NCBI GenBank assembly: GCA_051453625.1
Contig: JBOZIK010000001.1
Coordinates: 49,584,814-49,646,199 of the forward strand
DNA: 61,386 nt
Origin: Welwitschia mirabilis
Taxonomy: Eukaryota
Direction of reading: 5' to 3'
Shown one piece after another: positions 26,777-39,024 of this stretch (within the stretch, counting starts at the first letter, position 1; each line of letters starts with the position of its first letter). A program made the position numbers and the translations under genes. The notes under the pieces were generated by a model, which saw only the letters and a program-made list of their open reading frames with translations, made no database searches and was not told the DNA's origin.

Positions 26777-29700
26777 TATTGGGATTTGACATATTTGTTA
26801 ATATAGTTATAACTTTGAATCCATAGCATGAAATTGAATAGCCCATGTGTTCAAAGAATTAGTTGAGATATGTATTCTCATAAAGTGGAATTAAGAGATT
26901 TAAGAAGATATTTGAAAGATTATATAAGAGAACAATGGAGGAAGATGGACAAATTAATAAATTATGTGTATAAAATCACCTCAAGATGATTAATGAAAAT
27001 CATCCTTCATCATACGTCTTGGTTTGTCTTGGGATGGGAATCATGTTAATTCCAAATTCTTATTTCTACATATTATTTTCATGCTTATTTTCATGCTTTC
27101 ATGACTTTCAATTGGTATCAGAGCAAGCTATGGAATGACTTAACTACTAGCCCTAGAATCTTAATTTAGATATTTATGAGACGTTTTTTTTCAAATGATT
27201 CTTTGCATCTATCTTTGCACCTTTGAGGTCTTGAATCCTTTTTTCCCTAGCTTCTTTCTATCTTTATTTTTTAAAACTTAAATTGGTTTACATAGCTGAC
27301 AAAAGACTTCATATCTGCCATGAAATGTAACTAGTTCCTAAACCTTTAGAAACTATTGCCACTATCCTTATGAGAAACTGCCGATTTTTTTTTTTTTTAA
27401 AAATTGAATCCTTAGATCATAGAGAAATAGGTTCTTAAAAATTTCAAAAATCTAATTGTTTAATTTTATGTTACAACTTCAAATCTAATTGCAATCCCTG
27501 TTGAGAATTCTATAGCAAATAGATTGAGGCATTTTTTGAAGGAATTAATTAATCGCAAGCTTAAGAACAAGCAGTAATCAAAAGAGAAGACATTGATGTA
27601 ATTTCTAAAATGTGGCTCTGCATCTTTGATTTGAATCTAACTTTATTAGAGTCTTTTATGAATCCAATCATAATAATGTAAAACAAAATATAAAAATTGA
27701 AAGAAGAGTGACCACTTTCAGGGGTCAAGCCTCCTTTCCTTACTTTGAGGGTGATTAGCCTTTGTTAATCAATTTAACTATGATTAACATTCAAACACAA
27801 GAATCCAAGTCTTTATTTAATTATTTTAAACAATAGAAGAGTCATATATTTATAGGACATAAGTTCTTATAAGATGTTATAATAAAGATGGACATTACAA
27901 TAAGGATACATAAAAAATAGACGTTATGATACAAATAGATCTTTTTTTTTTTTCTAAAGATAGACATTACCTAAAGCTATTATAGTGGGACCACAACATT
28001 TCATCCCACTTTGGGACAATTGTATCCTCAAGGTTGAAAATTTAAAAACTTTTCTTTGATCTTGTAAAGGTATTATTATATGACTCCAATCCTAAACCCT
28101 ATTAGAAGCTTTACATTATCTACATTCTTATTATACAAATTAAAGAGTATTTGAAGGCAAGGATTAAATATTTGACTTAAAAATATTCATTGCTATAGTG
28201 TCCTTTATCACTCGTATTATGCTTCCATTCCAAGCATTATTATAGTGCTTTCCATGATCTACCCTAAATTTCATGGCCGCTTTAATTTTCTCCAAAGATA
28301 TGCCCACCAAGCTTTTGTTGCACATCACTATTTTCAATCTAATTCCTACTACAAAATTGTATGCTTAAATATTGTTGACAAGAATGTTTCAAACTCGTCT
28401 AGAGGTTTGGAATCCAATTTCTATACCTAAGAATCTCTTTGTCTATGCTCTTGGTTATTGATCGTAATGTTTTTTGCTTGTCCTTTTAAAGGAGATTTCA
28501 CACTGGTACCAACTGCTTTTGATCGTCACTAGTTATCATCATTACTCTCTTGTTAGTCCTCCATGCATACATTGTCACTTAGGACTGGTCTGATTTCGTC
28601 TACATTCAAGAACTTAGCCTCATTTAATAATAACAATTTGATGGATGATGAAACAAATGCTAAATCATTATTAGATATCAAACATAGGTACTACATGATT
28701 TACCTCATTATTCTTGTATAGAATGAGTAATTATTCTTCTTTGAGTCTTACTACCCAACTGCTTAACTCATCATGATTGGTTGAAACATGAGAACCTTAT
28801 GTTTCAACTCTTTCTTAAGCTTACTTACAAAGAAACCCACCAAGAATTCCTTTGTCAACCATATGGTTTTATTGGCCAATTGCTAAAAATGATCTCAATA
28901 CTCCCATCTAGTAGAAGTCTTTTATAGGTTCATAAATTTCCTAATGTAGGATTAGCTAAATTATTGGTTACATTTGAACAGACAATAATGATTAGGCTCT
29001 TTAGCTCCTCCACCTTATGATTAATGTTTTCTTGTGATTCATAGATATCTCTCTTTAATGTCTCCTTTAAGGTTTGCAACTTGTTTTCCATCCTTACTTT
29101 GATAACAAATTTTACAAACCCAATTGTAATAATGTAAAAAAACACATAAAAATTGAAAAAGATTGACCACTTTGAGGGTTTAAGCCTCCTTTAATTACTT
29201 CAAGGGCGATTATCCTTCATTAGTCACTTTGAGGGTAATTAGCTTTTAAACACAAGAATCCAAGTCTTTATTTAATTATTATAAATAATACATAAGCCAT
29301 ATATCTATAGGACACAAGTCCTTATAATACATTAAAATAAAGATAGATGTTACAATAAGAATACTTGAAAGCTAGATGTTATAATAAAAATAGATGTTTC
29401 TTTAAAAGACAAACATTTTTCGAAGGAAGCAATCAATTATGAGCTTAAGAATAAGCAGTAACCACTAGAGAGGACATTAATGTAATTTTTAGAATATGGC
29501 TTTGCATCTTTAGTTTGAACCTAATTTTCTTAGGGTTCCCTTAATTTTGAAGGTTACTAAGACTTAAACCTTTCTCCCAATCTACATTTTGAGCAGTGAA
29601 GTAATTAAAAATTTCATTATAAATCCATTAATTGGTATATTAATTTATTGTAATTTAGTTAGATCTTGATATCTTTGCAAAGACTTTCATAATATTTAAT

Positions 29701-30697
29701 TGACATTCATTTAATCAAAATAAAGTTTAGCATGATCCCTGAAAGGAATTTTATGTCTATATAAGTCTGTGAATCTTTCATTTACTACTATCAAGATTTT
29801 CATTGTTGTAATTTCATTTATTATGAACATGTTCTTAATCCTCACCAAAATTATAGTAGGCAATTCTTTAAAGTAATACATTTTAGATGGCATGGCCAAA
29901 AACTAAAGAAATAAGAAAAACATAAAATGTACCATCCAGAATCTTTTTGTAGCATGCAAAGGAACACATCGACTACATTGCATAGAAGGCTTATTTTGCC
30001 ACTAAATATTACAAGCTAAAGTGCAGTCCATAATGGAAGAAAATAAATGATGAACTCGCTAGTAATAACATTTGTAGAGTTTCATCTTCTACTTCACCAC
30101 TGATTACATTTCTTGCACCCTTTCATTTTGATTTCCATAGCACAAGCTTAACAAAGGTACTTTATTCATTAAATGATTCTTCTCTTATAGCATGCATCTA
30201 CAATATATCATTTCCTTAAACCTGATTCATGTATTTTGGTTATGTGAATTGTTAGCTTAGTGCCTAGCTTAGTTTTTGCCTTAGTGGCCTATGGTTGTGA
30301 TTTTAATTTCTAGTGAGGTAATATTACATTGGTGAATTTTGTTGTTTTATAATGTTAGCCCTTCATTGACATCATGGACATGACATTAAACGGGGATTTA
30401 TTGGGATTTGACATATTTATTAATATAGTTATAAAATTAAATACATGGCATGAAATTGAATAGTGCATGCATCCAAAGAACTAGTTAAGCTATTTATGCT
30501 CATAAAGTTGAAGTAAGAGATTAAGAAGATGTTTGAAAGATTATATAAGACTTTGTATAAAATTAACTCGAGATGATTAATGGAAACCATACCTCATTAT
30601 AAGTCCAAGTTTGCTTCAGGAGGGGGATTATGTTGATTTCCAATTCTCATTTCTACATTTTATTTTCATGCCCATTTTTATGATTTCATAACTTTCA
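26777..30697 (+). mobile_element. Small non-autonomous LTR element (TRIM/TR-GAG-like, copia-type signals) with a perfect 5-bp TSD
   Basis: LTRs at 26777-27110 and 30399-30697 (tattgggatttgacatattt...actttca). PBS TGGTATCAGAGC at 27113-27124 and PPT-like aaacggggatt before 30399. TSD ATTTC at 26772-26776 and 30698-30702. No recognisable pol of its own. Confidence 0.9.
27655..29415 (-). mobile_element. Nested, internally deleted Ty3/gypsy element (Reina/chromovirus-like gag remnant)
   Basis: Direct repeats at ~27655-27998 and ~29110-29415 share aaacacaagaatccaagtctttatttaattatt. The gypsy-type 3' end reads ccttgaggatacaattgtcccaaagtgggatgaaa-TGTTG on the minus strand at 27999-28033. A degenerate PBS (actttgataaca) is at ~29096. 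Gag-like LANKTIWLTKEFLVGFFVSKLKKELKHKVLMFQP is at ~28780-28885. Confidence 0.8.
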
Positions 30698-33600
30698 ATT
30701 TCATCTTAGATTTAATCATCATTTTATTCATAAGGTAATCACATTTCATCCTTAATCATCCCTCTCCTTAATTTCTTATGTATCATTAATCCATTAATGG
30801 CTTTCATATCTATGTTAAAAACTTCTTTCATCATGTTATTCTAAATTGCTTTCTAAGTAAGAGGAAATGACTATTTTATAACTCCTTTTCAAAGCATAAG
30901 GGAAACTTTTAGGTTTAATTACTCATTTTTACATGCTTACATTATTAGTTAATGACATTTTATCTTTCATTGGATTTTTTTCATTTTTCTTTCATAATTA
31001 ATGCATTTATAGTTAGTGTAATGCAATAATACATCTTGAATGATATTTTGATATCATTATTAAATGAAGGCTACTTGAATGCTTTCTTTTGGTTAAAAGG
31101 TTAACATGGTTAATCTGTTAAATTGTATGAAACATGTCATGCTTTACATTCCATTCATTACATTTTAAGTTGGTCCAATTCTAAATAGTAGGGATATATC
31201 ATAGTGCAAGTTCATTTTTAACACCTTTGAACAACATATAAGTTCTATAACAAATTATTCATTATTAGCCCCTAAGACCCTTATTCTTTGATAATGATCA
31301 TAGTAGATTAAGAAAACACTATTGAGTCTTGTAATTTCTTTAATTTAGATTTACTTAGAATTATCTTCTAATAATTATGACTTTTAAATTCTATGAGGTG
31401 AATCATTCATCTATTATTTCCTCTCTTACTTAAAAGCATTGTACGCATTATCAATTTCTTATATGATTTGATTTCATTGAATAATAAATAAGTAGACTTT
31501 AAACACTTTTGTAATCCTTGTGGAATAATGAAAATTATGTTTATCTTATATTATAAGTAATGGCTATAGTTTTATTTAAACTTCTTAACCTATGCCTTGG
31601 TAACTAAAGCACATCTCTTTCTTTTATGGAGAACATTCTAAAGAAAAAGAAAATAATCAAGGCTTTTCTTAAATGTCATTTTTTAAGGCATAATAACGTT
31701 TTAGTCTTGTTATTAGGGATTATGATTTAGTGCTCCTTATTCATTAATATAAGTTTCCTTTTTCTTTAATTTTCATTTTCTTCTTTTCTTTGATTTTTCT
31801 TTTCTTTTTTCATATTAATTTTATTAAAAACTTTTTTTTTTCATTTATCAACCTAGTAACTCTTTTTATTTTGTGTCCTTTTCATTGTTATTTGATAAAT
31901 ATTATGGTGGATATACCATCTTTAAGTTTTAATCATTATCTCTATCACTTCTCATTTAATTTTTTATCATTAAAAATATAAAATAATTCTTTCTTACAAG
32001 AACATTTGTTTTTAATTGTTTTGATCATTCATAGCAATTTTTAACTACCATTCTTGCTTTTAACTACAAAGGCCTCATTTATTAATGTTATCTATAAAGA
32101 CATTTCCTTACTCTTTTTTCCTCAATTATTAATGGATTTAGAGTGTTATTTGTACCATCAAAATGTCACATTTATTAAGAATTTAAATATCAATGTTAGA
32201 TTGTAATCAAAGTGAGTCACAACTTCATTTAAGATTTAGTGGTCATGTTTTGGTTATTTTTATATTATTTTCTCTAGTTTACATTAATACTATGTGTTAG
32301 TATAAGAGGTAGTGCTACACCATAACTTCTATAATTGATTACTATTTATGAAAGATGTGCTCTAGTTGTCAAGCTATATGTAGTACTTTTAAATTAGAAA
32401 CTAGATCGTTATATTGTCCTTTGTTAACCTAATTGTTATTCTCTCATAGGGATTACAAAGGTACTTCAAAGCTTGTAAGAACTAATAAAGGTTTTAAATA
32501 TAGGTTTGAATAGGAAAAGCATCTAGAAAATAAGGATTAAATTGACTTAATGAAATATTTCCTCTTGGGAATCAATAGTAGCTATTCATAAGGCAATTTA
32601 TCATGCATACCACAATCAAATAAGAGAGAGAATTCAATAAGTACACTTTGGTTTTATAGAAAAGTAAGAAAATATTCTTTACAAATTTTGAGTGTAAATA
32701 AAGTACAAGTAATGAAAATGTTACATCTTACAATGAAATGTAAGAAAACATTACAACAAAATGAAAGAAATTATAAACTAGCATATCAAACATCTAAATT
32801 CTACAAATTGGTTAAGAAACAAATCTAAGAAAGAGATATGATATAAAATAATTATAATGTGCTATTGCATAACTAGCAATCTATATTAAATCATAAATTA
32901 AAAATTAAAGTAATCCTAATCATATAAGAAAATTCATTTACCAATGATGCAAACACTCCAAAGAATACCAAATCACATATCAAGGTCTAGTGTAAATCAT
33001 GGTAGATGTTGCATGAGTCAGTTATTTTCTCATATCTAGGGAGGAGAAATAAGAATCAAAACCTCATGATGAGATAAGCCCCTCATCATAGTCATTAAAA
33101 TTATAAATCTAAAATGCTAGAGTTTTGATGGATAATGACGAATAGGGTACTAAAAAGGGTAGACTCCAAGATTCATGATTAAATTATGAATAATAGTTGA
33201 AGGATGGTCAAACCTTGGGGCAAGCTATGCTTTTATAACTCTTCTTTAGGTTGAATATATCCATTAGATTGTCCTTGTTATTAATAGATTGGTAATCATG
33301 AATCTCCTTAGATAGTACGACATATGCATGTATTCTTTAGTCTTTGTAAACTAGTGTATCATTAGGCTATAAGGTTAATTTAATTGACTTAACATTTTTT
33401 TTAGCTTATACTCCTTTCCAAAATCCATTTAACCCTAAAATAATAGTAGCATTAATCTCTTTTCCCTATTAAAATCTAGTGAAGTTTATGCAGTTTAAGA
33501 TGACCTGTGAGTAAAATACCTAAATTCAATTAGTATTAATGAAATTTTTAGAACTTAATGAATAAAATATGATTATTAATAAACTAATTATAAATATGAT

Positions 33601-34121
33601 ATTTATAGTATAAAAAATTTACTAGTCCCTTAGTAAATTTCTACAATGAAATGTTATCAAATCTGTCTTAAAATTTAAAAAATTCACATACCTTATTTAT
33701 GTACTACACTCACAATTGAATTTATGCAAACTAATAGAGCTATTTATCCTTGATCAATAGTCATATATAAAAAAATTTAATTTGAATCATGAAAACTATT
33801 AGGTTAGAAAATATTCATCATAACATTTTTATTTCATTTAGAAATCTTCAATGTTTAAAACTTTCTCAACAAAGAATAATATGTTGTTTTTCACATTATT
33901 TAAATTATTTTTAATAAAGTTTTATAAAATTATTACTGATTTCACTTACCCAAACAATTTAGACATCTTTCATAATGTTTAAATTAAGTTAAAAAGTAAG
34001 AAACTGCTACATGAAGTCATATAACAATAAGAGAAAACACATATGTTACTATTATTAAACATTAAAGAATTACATCTATGAATGTAAAGAACAAGAAATA
34101 GAAAGAATCAAAATAGAAAGA

Positions 34122-35461
34122 TGTTAGAAAATCTAGTTTTAATGATTTCACTTGTCAGAAATTTTTGTCATTGTGTAGATAGATTATTACAGGTAAATCA
34201 GATCTAGATGGGTACTAGATCATGATGGATCTTCAAACACAATCTCACAAAAAGGATTAGATGCTAAAATCCAAAATTAATTGTTTGAAGATGACTAAGA
34301 AATTGAAGACATCTAAAAAAGTAAAGACATCTTAAATGTACCAAGATGAAAGAGGTAATAGAGTCAATTTGATTTTTGACTAATATCTCACATTTTAAGT
34401 AAGCTATGAACTTATACATCACAGAATCATGATCACAACTATCCAAGGATACTATAGTGCAAAATCCATTAGAATCTAGTCAAGTTGACTCAAGACATCT
34501 ACAAAAGTGAAAACATCTAGAGTGAAGACATCTATAAAATTCAAGACATCTTGAACTAAAATTCACATCGATTAAAAATGAAGTTACGCACATGAAGCAT
34601 AAACATTGACTATTAGTTACAAGACAGTTATAAAATCAAATGACTATCTTTCAAGCTAAAATAACTAGATCTTCTTCAATCATATAAAGCATTAACATCA
34701 CAAAATAAAGAAGAACTCTTAACATTTCATTGAATCAAAGGATTTACAGATATTAGAAAGCACAATTAAAGGCAACCTCTCACAAAGCAATCAAAAGATT
34801 CATTAGCAAGAAGATATCATTGTTTACATCTCTTGGATTTGAATCTTCATTACTTCATTCTTCATTCATACTTGTAAAAAAAACAACAACTTCAAGAAGC
34901 TTACATTTTCATCAAAGCAATATATTTAGGTTTATTATTGTATTGTGTTTTTTTGGTATATATTGTGGACTATCTTATTATTGAATACTGTTGTAGAATC
35001 TAGTTCTTGATTATCAAATACTTTGTAAGGCAATCCTTGAAGAGGTGTGAATTTGTTATTATGCTTTTAGGCACTTGTTGAATGTAAAGTTATTACTTAG
35101 CTATAAAACCATTATTTTCTTACAGAGGAGAGAGTGCTGCCTTGCAAGAAGACTTTCATTGTTGTAAATCTTTGTGGTATGCTTGTGAAAATAACTATTC
35201 CCTTAAGGGGTAGAAATAACTGCCTTGCAAGAAGACTTTCATTTATTGTAAGGTTGGTGATGCACTAGAAAACCACTATTTATTATAGGTTAAAAATATT
35301 CAGAGGTGTGAGTAGAAGCTATCCTTTATGTGTTGACGTGTCCAAGTTAGCGAACCATATTATGTAGTAATGTTTTTAATTATTTTTTTAATTCTTGTTA
35401 AGTCTAATTTTTATTTGGTGGAGCTCGTTCACTCCTTTCCTCTGAGTTTAATTGATCCTCA
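34122..35461 (+). repeat. 5' LTR of the SIRE-like element
   Basis: TGTTAGAAAATCTAGTT...GATCCTCA, followed by the PBS. Contains an AGACATCT cluster (34307-34551) and an internal ~84-bp duplication (tgccttgcaagaagactttcatt at 35137 and 35221). Confidence 0.92.
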
Positions 35462-38400
35462 AGTGGTATTAGAGCGGGTACTACTGTTTACAAGATTTTT
35501 TATTTCCCGTAAATGGTGGATTAGTTCTAATAATACATGATGATAGGTGACTCTGGTGGTTTGACGAAGATTTAAACGAGTTTAAGCTAAACTTAATGAA
35601 TTGACCTGGTTTGAATAAAGTTGATCAACTTTGACTATGTTTGACTCTAGTTGGCTAACTTAGACTCACTTTCACTGATGTCATTTGACTCATTTTGATT
35701 GATTTTGATTGTTATTTTGATTGGGCTTTGATAGTTCGGCTAGGTTTGACTAGGTTGAAATGTTCTGTTTTGATAAAATTTAACTATGATTTAACAGTTT
35801 GACTGATTTTGACTAACTTTGACTAGTTTGACTAACTTTAATTGAGTTTAAATAAGTTACGGTAATTGTTAACTAAGTTTGACTGAATTTGAATGACTTC
35901 ATTTTGACTAAGTTCCCTGACGTTGTAATATTTTCTTGATTTATTTTAGGCCTAAAAAGTTTTACCTATAGTGAGAATTTAAACGCATATAAATGAGTTC
36001 TAAATTAAAAAAAAAATAAGGACTTAATAATGATAAAAATCAAGTAAAATATTTTTTTCTTTTTTAGAATATAAAATTTTTTGTATTTTTTTGCATTGAT
36101 TTTAAGAGAACAAAAACTAAGCAAAGTGGGATGCCAATAATAAATAAAGACTAGATTTTAAACATGGTTTCAAATATTAAAAGAAAAAGGTTTTTTTTTA
36201 AAAAATTAAAAAGAATTTTTTTTTATAAACATAAGACTAATCCTAATTAACAGTTTTAAAAGATAAATCCTATCTAAGATGTAAACATAAGATGTAAAAA
36301 TTATTTTCCTAAGTTAAAAAAAATAAAAGAAAATAAATTTCAAACTTATAACTTAAAAAAAAATATTTAAGTGCCCCTTTGTTTTTTTGTCTTTACAAAA
36401 TAAATATGAAAGTAAAAATAAAAATAAAAAAGAACTTGGATTTTTTTCACATTCTCCCGCTGTGTGTTTTCTTTCATTCCTCGCATTTTCTATTCTCCCA
36501 TTTCCTTCTCTTTCATACACCTCCACTCTCCCTAATGCTTGTTATTTTTTGTTTTGTAATTTTGTGTGTTTTTCCTACATTCTCTAGTTCTTTTTAATGC
36601 CTTTCTATAAGCGCCTCATTTTTTAGTGCCATCTCACACTGAATCCACCGCCTTCTATCACTAAAGTGCTTAGGGATGTGTGTTGCCATCACAGTTGTCC
36701 CCTTTTGGTGTGAGGTGAAAGATGAGCCTCATGTCAAAAATGATCATGCACTTGTTTTAAGCTTTTACTCTTTTTCTATCTCTCTCTTTTTCTTCCTTCT
36801 TTAAGTGATATAGATGAATGAAAAGATATGGGGGAATGGCACGAGTGATGTATAAGATGATAAGATGTTAAAAAAAAGAATAATGATAAATGTACAAAAT
36901 GAAAAACAAGAAATGACAATAATCATTTAATCATAATCATGAAAATGAAGAAGGAAAGCTTAGGGTATAGGAGAATGGAAAATAAAGTGAAAGAAATAAG
37001 AGGCGATAGTATTGGGAAATAGATTCTTATCACATTACAAGGTGATAAAGGGAAGTAGTAAAAGGGAGGAATACCAAAAGTTAACAAGTTAACTAGAAAG
37101 TGGGATTAGTTTTAAGTAGGTAAGAGTAAATGCAATAATGACTTTGAGGTAATTAATCATAAATACCAAAAAAAGATTAGATGAAGATGGACAAATAGGG
37201 CATGAAGAAGATTGATTTCTACACCTCTAAATACCAACCTAGAAAAGTCTATTGGTATGAATCATAAAATTGTTCGATATCATTAATGCAATGGTTCAAT
37301 ATTAAATACCATAGAGCATTATATGATAAGAACAACAATTATGACAATGCCTATGATTATTCTGCAAGGTATCAATATAGTGTCTAGACTATAACTCAAT
37401 CCAATCATCAGCTACGATAAGAAGTGAGATTTTACTAACTTATCATCTAATGACCAAGATGTTCTAAATTCTCGCAAAGTTATAGCTTTGTAGTAATGGG
37501 AAAATCAAGCTAATGGGTGTTTAAAGAACACCACTCATCACAATGAGGGGAGTATAACCACTGCTAAGAATGTAAGAATCCTCAAGTCAAAGCTATATCA
37601 TGATCAACTGACACCCTAGTGGAGTTCCCACAGCTATCATATCACACTGCTAAATACCCCTCTTGGGAATATTTGCCCAGTGCACTTGTAGTAGAACATC
37701 ATGATTTTTTCCTCCTTTTTTCCCTTCTGTTTTTTTTTTCTTTCTTTCTTTCTCTCTCTCTTTCTCTCTCTTTTTGACCAATTGACTCAAATTCTCTTTT
37801 TATTTTTAGACATTACTTGATCATTAGAATGATAAATTGTAAAGCTCACAGCTAAAGATAAGCATTATATTTGATACAATTGATGATAATACCAAATAAC
37901 TTAAGATACTAAAGGTCATAAACATGGAAACGTCTTAAGATTAGATGAAATCCAATCTTATCACTATAAATGTCCAAAAGTAGAGAACTACTTTGATGAA
38001 ACTCAAATGTGATTTAACACAAAACCAAACAAATGGACAATTTAACAAATAAATAACCTGAACCAAGAAATAATGTTAAGGAGTCATTTAGCTAAAAGTA
38101 AAGCAAAATCACATCTCTCAATTAAGATGAACTTCCTACTCAATTACTTCTATCATGCCAATAGCATATCAATTATCAACTGATATAGTCTTAACTATTG
38201 TCCATCAGCCCTATGTTTTCATAGCATCTAAATTAAGAATCTCAATGGAGTCATCCAAAATGCACTTTTCTACAAGATAAAGACTTAGTCACTTAGAAGT
38301 TAACTCATTATAAAGAGGTATTTAACAGGTTGTATAATAAAAAAAACTAGAAAGGAAATTGTTCTTATTTTCTTTCTTTCCTTTTTTTTTCCTTTTTTTT

Positions 38401-39024
38401 TAAATAAGATGAAAATGAGAGCTTAGAAAATGTAACATGAGTATGGCAAAATGGTGACATGATGGATATAAATAAAATGGATTACATAAGATAGTAGTAA
38501 TGGATGAAGGATGTGATGAAATGCATGGTAGGAAGAATATGTACCCACTACTGTCTAGTAGGACGATGACAGTGATATATGAGTAAGTAGAATAAGAAGG
38601 CTTGTGTAAGGGTATGAATCATAGTTAAGAAAGGATCAGGTGGGTCATAGTTTAGATCAATGCAATATATCTCATCATCGTCATCTTCCATGGTTGAGGC
38701 CTCATGGAATGGAATGTTAATTACAACAAAGTTTAGCGCTTCACCTCGTTAGTGCTATGATCGAAGGAAAGTGGTGTGAGCCCTCGATAGAAAGAAGGAC
38801 AGAATGAAAGANNNNNNNNNNNNNNNNNNNNNNNNNNNNNNNNNNNNNNNNNNNNNNNNNNNNNNNNNNNNNNNNNNNNNNNNNNNNNNNNNNNNNNNNN
38901 NACTAATGCATATATGTACAATGAGAAATTGTGCAAACTTACTAATGAAAATATGAAAATAACTAAATTGCAACATGATATAAAAATGACATGTTTTTTA
39001 AAATTTATTTTAATGAAAATAAGG

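Noticed and set aside
27113-27124. tRNA-Met-complementary sequences (also at 12751, 16688 and 35464)
   Set aside because: These are primer-binding sites only; there is no tRNA cloverleaf.
30703-34121. AT-rich stretch with possible LTR-like fragments around 32.4-33.3 kb
   Set aside because: I could identify no partner repeat, termini or coding motif by eye, so it is left unannotated.
35560-35935. Dense TTTGACT/TTGATT short repeats that look like a spaced array
   Set aside because: Spacing is irregular with no constant repeat-spacer structure. It is low-complexity Ogre LTR sequence, not CRISPR-like.
36379-36597. Hydrophobic, membrane-protein-like short ORFs (also 2365-2577, 31790-31981, 43128-43355, 47009-47284, 51620-51829)
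   Set aside because: F/L/I richness follows from T-rich low-complexity LTR or UTR DNA, and there are no conserved motifs.
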